Shown: positions 16,843 through 26,886, numbered from the stretch's first letter. The stretch is DNA of 64,000 nt from Candidatus Nomurabacteria bacterium (GCA_020847275.1 JADLCI010000001.1:2540-66539); one strand, 5' to 3'. A program made the numbers and translations. Notes: a model not told the origin generated them from the letters alone.

Positions 16843-19521
16843 TTAGGCCGTAGACACAAGCCGTTTACCATTCGTTCGTAGTGTCCGTTTCTTCAATTCA
16901 ATTACCGGCTCACCATTCTTCATTTCTACCACGAGAACTCCCCCACTCTCGATTTTCCTCCCAATAATAAACTCCGCGACTTGATTAAGAATTTTATTTT
17001 GAATTAAACGCTTGAGCGGACGCACGCCATATTCAGAACTATAACCCTCGCGAGCGAGATAGGCCATTGTCTCCGTTGAGACTTCCAATTTGATCTGCTT
17101 GTGTGCTAAACGCCCCCTCACCAGCTGAAGCTGGATATCCACAATCTCCTTAATCGTCTCGGCCGGTAGCGGGTTGAAGATAATGATGTCATCCAGGCGG
17201 TTCAAGAATTCCGGGCGGAAGTGATTCTTAAGACTTTCCATGATGCGCTGTTTAGTTTCATTGTAATCAGTCTTCGCCGTGCCGTCACCACTAGAGAAAC
17301 CAATCTTTTGAAGTCGTTGGATATACTCACTGCCAATATTGGACGTGAGAATAATAATTGTGTTCTTGAAATTGACGACGCGACCCTTGCCGTCCGTAAG
17401 ACGGCCATTATCCAGGACCTGAAGTAAGATGTTGAAAACTTCCGGATTCGCTTTCTCAATTTCATCGAAAAGTAAAACGGCATAGGGCCGATGACGCACC
17501 GTTTCGGTCAATGACCCGCCCTCTTCGTAACCCACATAACCTGGTGGTGAACCGATAAGTTTGGAGATAGAATATTTCTCCATATATTCACTCATATCAA
17601 TCCGCACCAACGCCTTCTCATCGTCAAACATAAAGTGAGCAAGAGTACGAGCTAATTCGGTCTTACCAACACCGGTTGGGCCAAGCAAAATAAAGGAGCC
17701 AATTGGTCGATCTGGATCACCCACACCCGCGCGTGAACGCTTGACCGCCTCGGCGATTTTCTTAATTGCCTCATCTTGTCCACGAACCCGTTTGCGCAAC
17801 TCATCTTCAATCCGCGTCAGTCTCTGTGATTCTCCCTCCAACATTTTCGTCACCGGAATATGAGTCCAGCGCGCCACCACTTTGGCAATTTCTTCATCCG
17901 TTACTTCTTCCTTCAGAATCCGCCTGGAACTCTGCAGTTTCTTAAGCTTTAATTCCTTGACCTTCAAATCCTTCTCCAGCTGAGGGATTTTGCCATAACG
18001 AATCTCGGCCGCATGAGAGAGGTCGGCCCGCCATTCCGACTGTTCAGCCTCCAGGCGCGCCGTCTCTAAATCACGCTTCACCACTTTGATTTCGGAAATT
18101 ACCTCTTTCTCATTTTTCCACTTTAACTCCAATTCACGGACCTCTTCGCGGAGATCACTAACCTCTTTCTCAATCTTCTTAATCCTGGCCCTAGTTTGTT
18201 TATCATCCTTGAGAGATAGCTCTTTTTTCAATGCCTCCTTCTCAACCTCCAAACGCATAATCTTAGTATCCGTTTCCCCCAAGAGTTCTGGTTTGTTTTC
18301 TAGTTGTAAGCGAAGGGCTGAAGCCGCTTCATCAACCAGATCAATTGCCTTATCGGGCAGAAAGCGATCACTGATGTAGCGGGCAGAGAGCTGGGCCGCG
18401 GCAACAATTGCGCTATCGGTAATATGAACACCATGATGTGACTCGTAACGCTCCTTCAATCCGCGCAAGATCGTAATTGCGTCATCAACTGAAGGTTCTT
18501 CCACATGAACAGGCTGGAAACGACGAGTAAGTGCTTGATCCTTCTCAATATATTTCTGGTATTCCTTAATCGTTGTCGCCCCAATCGCCCGCAACTCACC
18601 TCGCGCCAATGCCGGCTTGAGCATGTTGGAAGCATCAATTGCCCCCTCAGCCGCACCAGCTCCCACAATCGTATGAATCTCGTCGATAAAGAGAATAAAC
18701 TTGTTACCAGAACGTTCTAGTTCTTTCAAAACCCCCTTCAATCGTTCCTCGAATTCACCACGATATTTTGTACCAGCGACAATCAAACCGAGGTCAAGTG
18801 AGACTAGCTCTTTATCTCGTAAAGATTCAGGTACATCATTTTTTGCAATCTTGATTGCTAAACCCTCCGCAATTGCCGTCTTTCCCGTTCCCGCTTCGCC
18901 AATCAGAATCGGGTTATTTTTTGTCCTTCGAGAAAGAATCTCCATCAAGCGTTGAATTTCCTCCTCTCTCCCAATGACCGGATCAAGCTTATCCGCCTTC
19001 GCTAATTCCGTTAGATTTTTTGTAAATTTTTCGATATTACGAAACTTCTTTGACTGGTCTACTTCATGTGTCTGGCTCATCCGCAACTCCTGCAAAACCT
19101 TCAACACCCTTTCCTTTGTCACACGGAAACGGGCCAGAATCTCGTGGGCTTGATTTGGTGTCTCGAGAAGACCAAGCAGAAGATGCTCCGTGGAAACAAA
19201 CTCGTCTTGCAAATTAGCGGCAATTTTTCCGGATGTATCAAAAACTTTCACCAATTCTGGTGTTAGATAAATCTGGTAAGCCGCCGAGAGTACCCCTGTC
19301 TGCTCACTACCCTCAAGACTTTCCACGACATAGTCTGTCAGCATTGCCGTGTCCACCTCAATTTTATCCAAAATGGAAACAAACATACTTTCCTCCTGCA
19401 GAAGAAGAGCGGCCAAGAGATGAACCGGGCCGACCTGATTCTGACCCCGCTCAATAGCGAGTTCATGCGTCTTCCGAATTACCTCTTTCGCTTTCGCTGT
19501 GAAGTTAGAAAATGGTGGCAT
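16843..19521 (-). CDS. clpB: ATP-dependent chaperone ClpB
   Basis: 892 aa; N-domain, D1 ([15 protein letters not shown]), long coiled-coil M-domain, D2 ([15 protein letters not shown]) and the C-terminal sensor. Confidence 0.95.
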   Translation of the reverse strand: MPPFSNFTAKAKEVIRKTHELAIERGQNQVGPVHLLAALLLQEESMFVSILDKIEVDTAMLTDYVVESLEGSEQTGVLSAAYQIYLTPELVKVFDTSGKIAANLQDEFVSTEHLLLGLLETPNQAHEILARFRVTKERVLKVLQELRMSQTHEVDQSKKFRNIEKFTKNLTELAKADKLDPVIGREEEIQRLMEILSRRTKNNPILIGEAGTGKTAIAEGLAIKIAKNDVPESLRDKELVSLDLGLIVAGTKYRGEFEERLKGVLKELERSGNKFILFIDEIHTIVGAGAAEGAIDASNMLKPALARGELRAIGATTIKEYQKYIEKDQALTRRFQPVHVEEPSVDDAITILRGLKERYESHHGVHITDSAIVAAAQLSARYISDRFLPDKAIDLVDEAASALRLQLENKPELLGETDTKIMRLEVEKEALKKELSLKDDKQTRARIKKIEKEVSDLREEVRELELKWKNEKEVISEIKVVKRDLETARLEAEQSEWRADLSHAAEIRYGKIPQLEKDLKVKELKLKKLQSSRRILKEEVTDEEIAKVVARWTHIPVTKMLEGESQRLTRIEDELRKRVRGQDEAIKKIAEAVKRSRAGVGDPDRPIGSFILLGPTGVGKTELARTLAHFMFDDEKALVRIDMSEYMEKYSISKLIGSPPGYVGYEEGGSLTETVRHRPYAVLLFDEIEKANPEVFNILLQVLDNGRLTDGKGRVVNFKNTIIILTSNIGSEYIQRLQKIGFSSGDGTAKTDYNETKQRIMESLKNHFRPEFLNRLDDIIIFNPLPAETIKEIVDIQLQLVRGRLAHKQIKLEVSTETMAYLAREGYSSEYGVRPLKRLIQNKILNQVAEFIIGRKIESGGVLVVEMKNGEPVIELKKRTLRTNGKRLVSTA

Positions 19522-19529
19522 ATAAAATT

Positions 19530-20348
19530 TTATTTTAGAATACTATTGTTTGTCGCTCCAATCATTGCCGCTGTCACCGCTACCCCCGCATCACGTGAGA
19601 GACCAATCACCTTACCCTTGGTATTCAGAAGCGGTCCACCAATGTTATTTAAATTTGAGGCACTTGTATTGATGAAAGAGGTGCCGGAAACCGTATCCTT
19701 AAATAGTCCGGAAACAATACCGCCAGAAACATTGATTGGGCCATTATCTGGTACACCGAGCGCTACGACAGTTTGACCGGGCAAAACTTCCGTCTCAACT
19801 AAATCCAGTTTTACTAATGGTGCCTTAGAGGCATCTTTCCCATCACCATCTCTCAAACTAGCCAGAACGAGTTGAAGCAGAACCACACTTTTCTTTGCGT
19901 CGGTTCTAATTAATCTTGCGTCACCATGACGACCATCACCCAAGAAAATTTGATAGGAATCATTGATTGTCGGGCCAGTAAGAAAAACCTTATCGACTGT
20001 CGCAATCCGACCATCGTCCGAAATAATAAAACCCGTACCAAGAGCCACACCCGATCTATCTGTAATACGCACCGTTGCGGGCGAGGCAGAGTTAATCACA
20101 TCCACAATCAGCTGTTCTTCGGTCACAATTACCGGCACCTCTTTTATTACAGTTGTCGTCTTGGTTTCTCCAGGGACAGTTTTCTCAATCGTCCGCTCTA
20201 CCACTCGATTAATTGTTTGCGTCACGCCCGGTGGCGCCTGCTGAAGTAGTGTCACCGTTACGATACCTGTAGCGATAGAGGTGACGAAGCTAACGAGTAG
20301 AACCAACAAAACAACCTGATTTTTATTTAATTCCTCCATTTTGTGCAA
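19530..20348 (-). CDS. trypsin-like (S1C/HtrA-like) protease homolog without PDZ, possibly catalytically inactive
   Basis: 272 aa; N-terminal TM, chymotrypsin-fold motifs (GTGFIISDDGRIATV, GGPLLNTKGKVIGL). The expected His (TNAHV) and Ser (GDSGGP) positions read ATVDK and NNIGGP. Confidence 0.55.
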   Translation of the reverse strand: MHKMEELNKNQVVLLVLLVSFVTSIATGIVTVTLLQQAPPGVTQTINRVVERTIEKTVPGETKTTTVIKEVPVIVTEEQLIVDVINSASPATVRITDRSGVALGTGFIISDDGRIATVDKVFLTGPTINDSYQIFLGDGRHGDARLIRTDAKKSVVLLQLVLASLRDGDGKDASKAPLVKLDLVETEVLPGQTVVALGVPDNGPINVSGGIVSGLFKDTVSGTSFINTSASNLNNIGGPLLNTKGKVIGLSRDAGVAVTAAMIGATNNSILK

Positions 20349-20895
20349 TATACCATACTTTTTCCCAATTCACAATATTCCAAAAAGCATCAACGTATTC
20401 GGCCCTGCGGTTTTGATACCTTAGATAGTAGGCGTGCTCCCACACATCTAATCCAAGTAACACTGTCCCCTCCGGCACATCCTGATTCGCCGTACTCGTT
20501 ATCTCCATTTTACCAGCGCTTCCTAATGTGAGCCAGACCCAACCAGAACCAAACCGCCCCAAAGCGGCCTCCTTAAATAACTTCTGAAAATTTCCAAAAT
20601 TTTCGAAACTCTCATCAATTTTTTCCTTGATTGATTTGCTCTCCTTTGATCCCAGAATCCCCCAGAAAAAAGTGTGATTCCAGTGTCCTCCGGCATTATT
20701 TTTCACCGCCGGTATTTCGCTTGCGCACAGATCGTCCAAACTTTTATTTTTCAAGTCTGGATTCTTTTCCAATTCGGCGTTTAGTTTATCAATATAGACT
20801 TGATGGTGCTTGGTGTGGTGGATACGCATTGTCTGTTCATCGATCCACGGTTCCAACGCATTGTATTCGTAATCTAATTTAGGAAGTGTGTACAT
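20323..20895 (-). CDS. sodA: Fe/Mn superoxide dismutase
   Basis: 190 aa; LPKLDYEYNALEP, HHTKHHQ.Y and the DVWEHAYY metal-ligand motifs. Confidence 0.9.
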   Translation of the reverse strand: MYTLPKLDYEYNALEPWIDEQTMRIHHTKHHQVYIDKLNAELEKNPDLKNKSLDDLCASEIPAVKNNAGGHWNHTFFWGILGSKESKSIKEKIDESFENFGNFQKLFKEAALGRFGSGWVWLTLGSAGKMEITSTANQDVPEGTVLLGLDVWEHAYYLRYQNRRAEYVDAFWNIVNWEKVWYIAQNGGIK

Positions 20896-20898
20896 CGT

Positions 20899-21945
20899 TT
20901 ACAAAATTATTTTATTTAAAACCCTCACTCTTTCTAATTTTTCTAAAATTCTTGGCAGGACTTTCAAAACATAATCTAAATCCTTCTTTCTTGTCTCTGT
21001 TGCCAATGAGAATCGTACTGAATTTATTATAACATGGGAATTATTTCGTGCAGAAATAGAACAAGCAGAACCAGTAGAAACAGCCACCCCCTTCGCATCC
21101 AACTCCAGCGCAATTTGTTCACCAAGCAGGCCGTCAAAACTGACATTCACATTGTTTGCCAGTCTCCACTCTCCTTCCGGACCGTTCAATTTTACACCGG
21201 GCAATTTTAGTAGTTCAGAGATGAAATAATCCCGCAACTTGGCCACTCTTTTGCTTTCCCGATTCCTATTTTTGCTTGCCAGTTCTAACGCTCTTGCAAA
21301 CCTGGTAATCCCTTCCACATTTTCTGTCCCCGATCTTAAACCTTTCTCTTGTCCACCACCAAGAAAAACTGGGCTTAGACTAACGCCACGCCGCACAAAG
21401 AGGCAGCCAACTCCCGGCACACCCAGCTTACTGCCGTTTAGGGTCATTAAATCTACGCCTAATTTCTGAACATTCAGATCTAGATATCGTGGTGCTTGGC
21501 AGGCGTCGATATGCAAATATGGCTGGTGTGTTTTATTTTTCTGGCGAAACTTTCTAACAGACTTCGCCACCTCTCTAATTGGCAGGATCACGCCAGTTTC
21601 ATTGTGGGCATAGATAATTGAGACTAGATCTGTTTCACGGCGCAAAGACTCTTTTAAACTAGAAATATCCTTCAAAAAAGTGGCGTTAAGGGTCGCAGCA
21701 GGTTCCAGAACCGAAGCATGTTCTAACTCGGTGACAATAAGATGCCTGGGACGAAGGCCAAAAATTGCTAAATTATTGCCCTCTGTCCCGCCCGAAGTGA
21801 AAATAATCTCGTCTGGTTGAGAAAACAGGACACGCGCCACCTTGTCTCTGGCTTTTTCCAGTTTTATTTTGGCCACCACCCCGCTGGCATGTAAGCTAGA
21901 TGGATTCCGTGGTCCAGCCGCTGCGTCTAGAAAAATTTGCTTCAT
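20899..21945 (-). CDS. cysteine desulfurase / class V aminotransferase (NifS/IscS-like)
   Basis: 348 aa; PLP-fold motifs (IIFTSGGTEGNN, HNETG, LNGSKLGVPGVGCL). Confidence 0.8.
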   Translation of the reverse strand: MKQIFLDAAAGPRNPSSLHASGVVAKIKLEKARDKVARVLFSQPDEIIFTSGGTEGNNLAIFGLRPRHLIVTELEHASVLEPAATLNATFLKDISSLKESLRRETDLVSIIYAHNETGVILPIREVAKSVRKFRQKNKTHQPYLHIDACQAPRYLDLNVQKLGVDLMTLNGSKLGVPGVGCLFVRRGVSLSPVFLGGGQEKGLRSGTENVEGITRFARALELASKNRNRESKRVAKLRDYFISELLKLPGVKLNGPEGEWRLANNVNVSFDGLLGEQIALELDAKGVAVSTGSACSISARNNSHVIINSVRFSLATETRKKDLDYVLKVLPRILEKLERVRVLNKIIL

Positions 21946-21975
21946 TATCGCGATTCTAGTATAATTTCTCCCACG

Positions 21976-22422
21976 ATGCCAGACCTTAGCTTTTTTGACC
22001 CTTTCTATCTACTGGTTGGAGCCTGCGTCCTCCTGCTTGCTTGGTCTGTTTACCTAGAGTGGCGTCTACGCCGCTTTACGCTCGGCAAAAATGGTAACAG
22101 TCTAGAAGATTCATTCCACTCCCTTGCAGACAGTGTCAAACAAACGGATAAGGTCAATCAGGAAATAAAAGAACACCTAATCAAGATGGAAGAGCGCCTA
22201 CAGAAAAGCGTCCAACAAGTAAAGACGGTTCGTTTCAATCCCTTTGCTGTTCAGGGTGGAAATTACAGTTTCGCCACGAGCTTCTTGGACGAACACGGTG
22301 ATGGCGTTGTAATCTCTACTCTCTATTCGCGAGAGAAGACAAGTGTCTTCGCTAAGCCAATCAAGAACCGCGCTTCAGAATTCGAGCTCTCCGACGAGGA
22401 GCGCCGCGCCATCGCGCTTTAA
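21976..22422 (+). CDS. hypothetical membrane-anchored protein
   Basis: ORF 21937-22422, trimmed to MPDLSFF (21976) to avoid overlapping the divergent desulfurase start; one TM followed by a coiled-coil-like region. Confidence 0.4.
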   Translation: MPDLSFFDPFYLLVGACVLLLAWSVYLEWRLRRFTLGKNGNSLEDSFHSLADSVKQTDKVNQEIKEHLIKMEERLQKSVQQVKTVRFNPFAVQGGNYSFATSFLDEHGDGVVISTLYSREKTSVFAKPIKNRASEFELSDEERRAIAL

Positions 22423-22431
22423 CTCAAAATT

Positions 22432-23907
22432 ATGTCTAACCAAACAAGACCACCAATCGTTGTGGTGATGGGCCACATTGACCACGGTAAATCAACTCTT
22501 CTTGACTACATCCGCAAGACAAATGTCGTCGACGGAGAAACGGGTGGAATCACCCAAGCAATCAGCGCCTACCAAACTGAAAAAATCACTTTCTTAGACA
22601 CTCCGGGACACGCGGCCTTCACCGGAATGCGCGAGCGTGGTGTAAACATTGCTGACTTGGCGATCCTTGTCGTTTCCGCAGAAGAGGGCGTGAAGACACA
22701 AACACTGGAAGCACTAGACGATATCCTTGACGCCAAACTTCCCTTCATCGTCGCCATCAACAAAATTGACCGCCCAAACTCCAACCCAGAATTAATTAAG
22801 CAACAGTTGGCAGAAAAAAATGTCTTACTTGAAGGTTATGGCGGCACCATTCCTGTGATGGAACTTTCGGCAAAAACGGGTGCCAATGTTCCAGAACTTC
22901 TAGAACTACTATCGCTCCTCGCCGAAATTCAGGATCTCTCGGCTGATCCCACCGCCCCGGCCACTGGTTTTGTGCTGGAAGCCAACCTCGACCAACGAGT
23001 TGGTGTTTCTGCTACTCTAATTATCAAAAACGGGACTCTTAACACTGGGGATTTACTAGTTATCGCTGGCGTCGTAAGTAAGGTAAAGAGACTTAACAAT
23101 TTTGCCGGTGTCATGGTAAAAACCTTACCTCCATCATCCCCCGCCCAAGTAGTTAGTCTTACCGAATTACCACCAGTTGGTGCCACCTTTCAAGCATTCT
23201 CAGACAAAAGGGCGGCGGAACAATTCGCAACCGAAGAACGGGCCAACCGAGAAAAGATTAAACCAGAGGCCACCAAACCAACGAGCGCAACGCCAGAAAA
23301 CGCAATCGAAATTTCCCTCATATTGAAAGCTGACGTGGCCGGTAGCCTAGAGGCGCTGGAGAAGGAAATCAACAAACTGAGTAATGAGCAGACAAGAATC
23401 AAAATAGTTAGTACTGGGGTCGGTAGAATTGGCGATAACGATATTAAGCTGGCGGGGGCTACGAGAGGTGCAATTGTTCTCGGTTTCAAAACTAGCTTGG
23501 AAAAAAATACGACTGATTTGGTAGAAAAACTGAAAGTAGAAGTAGCCACATTTGATATCATTTATAAGTTGTCGGAATGGCTTGAGGAAAAAATCAAATC
23601 AAAACAACCTAAACGCGAAGAGATTACCGTTATTGGTCGAGCCAAACTGCTCAAGGTTTTCGGTAGCGACAAAGACCGCCAAGTCATCGGTGGTGTGGTC
23701 ACGAGCGGTAGAATGGTGTTAGGAAAAACTGTCAAAGTAATCCGCCGCGATAATGAAGTCGCTCGTGGTAAAATTTTAGAATTACAACAGCAGAAATTAC
23801 CGACCAAAGAAGTAGCCCAAGATCATCAGTTTGGTTCCCTAATCGAAACGAAGTTACCACTGGCTTCGGGGGACACGCTAGAAATTTTAGAAATTACCGA
23901 GCATTAA
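22432..23907 (+). CDS. infB: translation initiation factor IF-2 (short form lacking the N-terminal extension)
   Basis: 491 aa; starts directly at the G-domain (VVVMGHIDHGKSTLLD, DTPGHAAF, NKID) followed by the beta-barrel domains; infB-rbfA synteny. Confidence 0.9.
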   Translation: MSNQTRPPIVVVMGHIDHGKSTLLDYIRKTNVVDGETGGITQAISAYQTEKITFLDTPGHAAFTGMRERGVNIADLAILVVSAEEGVKTQTLEALDDILDAKLPFIVAINKIDRPNSNPELIKQQLAEKNVLLEGYGGTIPVMELSAKTGANVPELLELLSLLAEIQDLSADPTAPATGFVLEANLDQRVGVSATLIIKNGTLNTGDLLVIAGVVSKVKRLNNFAGVMVKTLPPSSPAQVVSLTELPPVGATFQAFSDKRAAEQFATEERANREKIKPEATKPTSATPENAIEISLILKADVAGSLEALEKEINKLSNEQTRIKIVSTGVGRIGDNDIKLAGATRGAIVLGFKTSLEKNTTDLVEKLKVEVATFDIIYKLSEWLEEKIKSKQPKREEITVIGRAKLLKVFGSDKDRQVIGGVVTSGRMVLGKTVKVIRRDNEVARGKILELQQQKLPTKEVAQDHQFGSLIETKLPLASGDTLEILEITEH

Positions 23908-23908
23908 G

Positions 23909-24226
23909 ATGTCACGACGAGAAGATCGACTGGTAGCAGAACTCCAGCGGCTAGCCGCAGAGTTTCTCGGTCTTCACGCTGGACCACGATCACTGATAAC
24001 GGTTACCGACTGCATTCTCTCCAACAATAGCCAGCGCTTACAAATTCTAATCTCGGTTCTCCCCGAAACCGAAGAACGGGCGGCCCTCGCCTTTGTCCGC
24101 CGGCAGTTGAGCGAGTTCATCCTTTTCGTCCACAAACATTTACGCGCTGGGTACTTACCTCAAATCAGCTTCGCGTTGGACGCGGGCGAGAAACATCGCC
24201 AAAAGATTGATAAACTGTTACAGTAA
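23909..24226 (+). CDS. rbfA: ribosome-binding factor A
   Basis: 105 aa; KH-like RbfA fold, RLAAEF...LITVTDC...D signature; start codon overlaps the infB stop. Confidence 0.85.
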   Translation: MSRREDRLVAELQRLAAEFLGLHAGPRSLITVTDCILSNNSQRLQILISVLPETEERAALAFVRRQLSEFILFVHKHLRAGYLPQISFALDAGEKHRQKIDKLLQ

Positions 24227-24234
24227 TCCAGAGC

Positions 24235-24307
24235 TGGCCTAGTCGCCAAGTGGTAAGGCAAGAGTCTGCAAAACTCTTACGCGGCGGTTCGATTCCGCCC
24301 TAGGCCT
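24235..24307 (+). tRNA. tRNA-Cys (anticodon GCA)
   Basis: Acceptor GGCCTAG/CTAGGCC, anticodon stem AGAGT/ACTCT with loop CTGCAAA, T-arm GGCGG-TTCGATT-CCGCC; CCA is encoded. Confidence 0.85.
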
Positions 24308-24310
24308 CCA

Positions 24311-24394
24311 GCCCGGGTGACGTAATTGGTAGCCGTAACAGACTTAAAATCTGTTGCTCGAAAGGGCGTGTGGGTTCGAGTCCCACCCCGGGCA
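24311..24394 (+). tRNA. tRNA-Leu (anticodon TAA)
   Basis: Acceptor GCCCGGG/CCCGGGC, anticodon loop CTTAAAA, long variable arm, T-arm GTGGG-TTCGAGT-CCCAC. Confidence 0.85.
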
Positions 24395-24415
24395 CCTTGT
24401 TTCATTGAAATTCAG

Positions 24416-24487
24416 GCCCTGTTAGCTCAGTTGGTAGAGCAGTCGCCTCTTAAGCGAACGGTCGGGGGTTCGAATCCCTCACAGGGC
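24416..24487 (+). tRNA. tRNA-Lys (anticodon CTT)
   Basis: Acceptor GCCCTGT/ACAGGGC, D-arm GCTCAGTTGGTAGAGC, anticodon loop CTCTTAA. Confidence 0.8.
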
Positions 24488-24500
24488 ACAGTTTTTACAA

Positions 24501-24584
24501 GCCGAGGTGGCGAAATTGGCAGACGCACCAGCCTTAGGAGCTGGCGGGGGCAACCCCATGGAGGTTCAAGTCCTCTCCTCGGCA
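24501..24584 (+). tRNA. tRNA-Leu (anticodon TAG)
   Basis: Acceptor GCCGAGG/CCTCGGC, anticodon stem CCAGC/GCTGG with loop CTTAGGA, long variable arm. Confidence 0.85.
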
Positions 24585-24588
24585 CTAC

Positions 24589-24618
24589 TTGACAAGAATA
24601 GTTCTATGGGTGTATAAT
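24589..24618 (+). promoter_or_regulatory. sigma70 promoter (TTGACA-18-TATAAT with an upstream TG) for the SPFH gene
   Basis: cTTGACAagaatagttctatgggtgTATAATaag lies immediately after the tRNA cluster, about 95 nt upstream of the ATG at 24714. Confidence 0.5.
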
Positions 24619-24713
24619 AAGGGTCGGATGATTATAGAGGTCGTGTGACCCCTTTCATCAAGTTTGATCCTTGAAAACGGGCTTTCAAACCCCATATACA
24701 GAAGGAGAATGAC

Positions 24714-25823
24714 ATGTTTGAGGTAAACTGGGCAAATATCTGGTCAACAACCACTCCATTCCTTTGGTGGTTCGGAATTCCTCTCATCACGGTTTTCCTG
24801 ATACTTCTGGTTAATCTGATGGCAAGGAACGATTTCATCATTGGGTTCGTCCCAGAGGGTCAAATCAAGGCGGTCTTAGCTGGTGATTCGTTACACAAAC
24901 TACTGGTAAATATCGGTGGTTATGATTACGATCGCGAGCTCAGAGAAATTACACCCAGCAGTAAGAAAAAACCATGGAGACCCTTTGGAATTTACTGGAT
25001 TGGCCTACCGCCATTCAAAAGTGTCCTACGTTATCCTTTCTCATGGGTAAAGTGGGATAAGCCGGAAGACTCAGCCCACTTTGCGCTGATTCCGCGGAAT
25101 CGAGAGATTGTCAGTTCCCTTTTCTTCCGGTATCCGTATGGCGTACAGGTCAGGGGCATCAGACTAAAAGGAAACATTGAGGTTGAAATCACACTTGTAG
25201 TCACACTCGAAATAGTTAGACCAGAAACAACCCTATTTCGGATCCAACCAACTGGTAATTGGCTCGGACTCGTTATAGCCAAAGTCGAAGAGGCTACTCG
25301 TGGTTGGGCTGGTGAAAAGGGAAACGAAGGGGAGGAGTTTGATGTTGAAAAACTTCGTTCCTTGGCCGCGAGAGAAGAAGGTGCCGCAGATGACCTGCGA
25401 ACACGAATTATGGAAATGAACGGGCATCCACCCACAGAGGGGTTGCCAGAATCAGCAGACGGCACCAGAAGACTTTGCGGTGTAGACATCATCTCTGTTG
25501 ATTTCCAGGGTTGGAAATTCGTCGACCCGGACGCTGAAAAAGCTTACCAGAGTGAGGAGATTGAGAATCGAGTGGCCGATGGCGTAAGAGCCAAAGCAGA
25601 CGGTGAAGCGGCCCGAATCGGAAAAGTTGGTGACGCCGAAGCAAGGGTCATCGCCGCCAAACTTAACGCCGCAGGTGGTAACCACACCCTGGCCGCGAGC
25701 CTGGCACAAGCAACAGCTCTGCAAGAAACCAATGTCAGAGTCCTGTCTCTTGCTGGTGGGACACCACCAATCAACACCATTCCGGTTGATGGACCAACAG
25801 CAGATGACACAAGGGAAGACTGA
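24714..25823 (+). CDS. SPFH/band-7 (flotillin/YqiK-like) membrane protein
   Basis: 369 aa; SD AGAAGGAGAAT; N-terminal TM, an SPFH beta/alpha core, and a C-terminal Ala/Glu-rich helical region (AEKAYQSEEIENRVADGVRAKADGEAARIG...). Confidence 0.55.
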   Translation: MFEVNWANIWSTTTPFLWWFGIPLITVFLILLVNLMARNDFIIGFVPEGQIKAVLAGDSLHKLLVNIGGYDYDRELREITPSSKKKPWRPFGIYWIGLPPFKSVLRYPFSWVKWDKPEDSAHFALIPRNREIVSSLFFRYPYGVQVRGIRLKGNIEVEITLVVTLEIVRPETTLFRIQPTGNWLGLVIAKVEEATRGWAGEKGNEGEEFDVEKLRSLAAREEGAADDLRTRIMEMNGHPPTEGLPESADGTRRLCGVDIISVDFQGWKFVDPDAEKAYQSEEIENRVADGVRAKADGEAARIGKVGDAEARVIAAKLNAAGGNHTLAASLAQATALQETNVRVLSLAGGTPPINTIPVDGPTADDTRED

Positions 25824-25840
25824 ATTTCGTTACAGAACAA

Positions 25841-25879
25841 GGCCGTTTGGGGTTAGCAACCCAAACGGCCTTTTTATTT
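25841..25879 (+). terminator. intrinsic terminator after the SPFH gene
   Basis: GGCCGTTTGGG-GTTAGCAA-CCCAAACGGCC followed by TTTTTATTT. Confidence 0.75.
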
Positions 25880-25882
25880 CGC

Positions 25883-25910
25883 TTGACAAAAAAGTTGCTT
25901 GTGATATAAT
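25883..25910 (+). promoter_or_regulatory. strong sigma70 promoter (TTGACA-16-TATAAT)
   Basis: Consensus -35 and -10 hexamers immediately downstream of the terminator; drives the two-gene membrane-protein operon. Confidence 0.6.
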
Positions 25911-25972
25911 AGAAACAGTTGATTGTTCCCTGACAAAACGTGTTGTCTAGATACAGAAGGAGTAAGGTCGCC

Positions 25973-26146
25973 ATGTTTGAAAGTGTTGGGATTGTGTCCA
26001 TTGTGAGTGTTGTCTCAATACTCTATGGAGTATTGGGAATCCTCTGGTGTTTCCGGCGAGAAATCAAAACCACACTGCGTTTTCTACACAAATTATGGAA
26101 GGCTCGCAAAGAACTCTGGCAAAAAGCCAAGGAGGAAAACAAATGA
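25973..26146 (+). CDS. small membrane protein (57 aa), first gene of a two-gene operon
   Basis: SD AGAAGGAG; MFESVGIVSIVSVVSILYGVLGILWCF is one TM followed by a basic amphipathic tail; its stop overlaps the next start (ATGA). Confidence 0.45.
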   Translation: MFESVGIVSIVSVVSILYGVLGILWCFRREIKTTLRFLHKLWKARKELWQKAKEENK

Positions 26147-26817
26147 CGAGAAAGATTCTTTTACTTTCGTCTGTCGTGGCGATAATGATGGGTAGTTTTT
26201 TTCTTTTCTCAAATGGCACAAGAAAAGCTGTTGTCCCGTCACCACCGGCCATAGAAACTAACAACCCCTTAAACCTGGCAGAGAAACTTGTCACCATATC
26301 TCTAATTGGGCTTCTAGTGGCAATCGGACTTCTGGCGATCTACAGAATGTGGAAAATAACCAGAGGTAACCATGACAAACAGGATAAAGACAAAAATGGG
26401 GAGGACAGAAAATCGACACCGATCAACTGGAAGTGGGTCGGGAAAACAGCGGGAAGTTTTGTCTTACTCATTCTGCTTGTTCTTGGTGGTTACTGGCTAT
26501 ACACCAGCGATCAATCAATCACCGGTCGGTGGGCACGGCCACAACAAACGAACCGAGGCCGTGTTGGCACCCTTGGCTGGGACGAACTGATCGCAACAAG
26601 CGATGCGTGGTCCAGACCAACGAAACCGATCCCCGGTGATTGTGACTTCCAGATCCACGAGGACGGAGACGGCTGGATCAAGTTTCCCAACGGGGAAATC
26701 CATGAGATTGGACCAATGGTTCTGGTTAATTGGCCAGATATCCCAAGGGGAAGTTTCCAGTTCAAAGCCAAGGAAGGGTCAATCAAGGTTAAGGTCGTCT
26801 GGCAACCGAGGCGCTAG
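26143..26817 (+). CDS. hypothetical membrane protein (3 predicted TM helices plus a C-terminal soluble domain)
   Basis: 224 aa from the ATG at 26143 (SD AAGGAGGAAAA); TM helices at about 10-30, 75-97 and 130-150; the C-terminal 70 aa are hydrophilic. Confidence 0.5.
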   Translation: MTRKILLLSSVVAIMMGSFFLFSNGTRKAVVPSPPAIETNNPLNLAEKLVTISLIGLLVAIGLLAIYRMWKITRGNHDKQDKDKNGEDRKSTPINWKWVGKTAGSFVLLILLVLGGYWLYTSDQSITGRWARPQQTNRGRVGTLGWDELIATSDAWSRPTKPIPGDCDFQIHEDGDGWIKFPNGEIHEIGPMVLVNWPDIPRGSFQFKAKEGSIKVKVVWQPRR

Positions 26818-26823
26818 AGACCA

Positions 26824-26877
26824 AAACCCCCCAGTCATTGTTGCGCGATGCAACGATGACGGGGGGTTTTATTTTTT
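26824..26877 (+). terminator. long GC hairpin terminator between convergent genes
   Basis: CCCCCC...GGGGGG stem of about 18 bp followed by TTTTATTTTTT. Confidence 0.65.
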
Positions 26878-26886
26878 CCAGAATAT

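Noticed and set aside
17202-19457. Numerous 60-120-aa ORFs inside and antisense to clpB (similar ones lie in gyrA, topA, the Clp-like ATPase and the GH15 gene)
   Set aside because: They are embedded in long, well-supported genes and have no SD, no motifs and a skewed composition.
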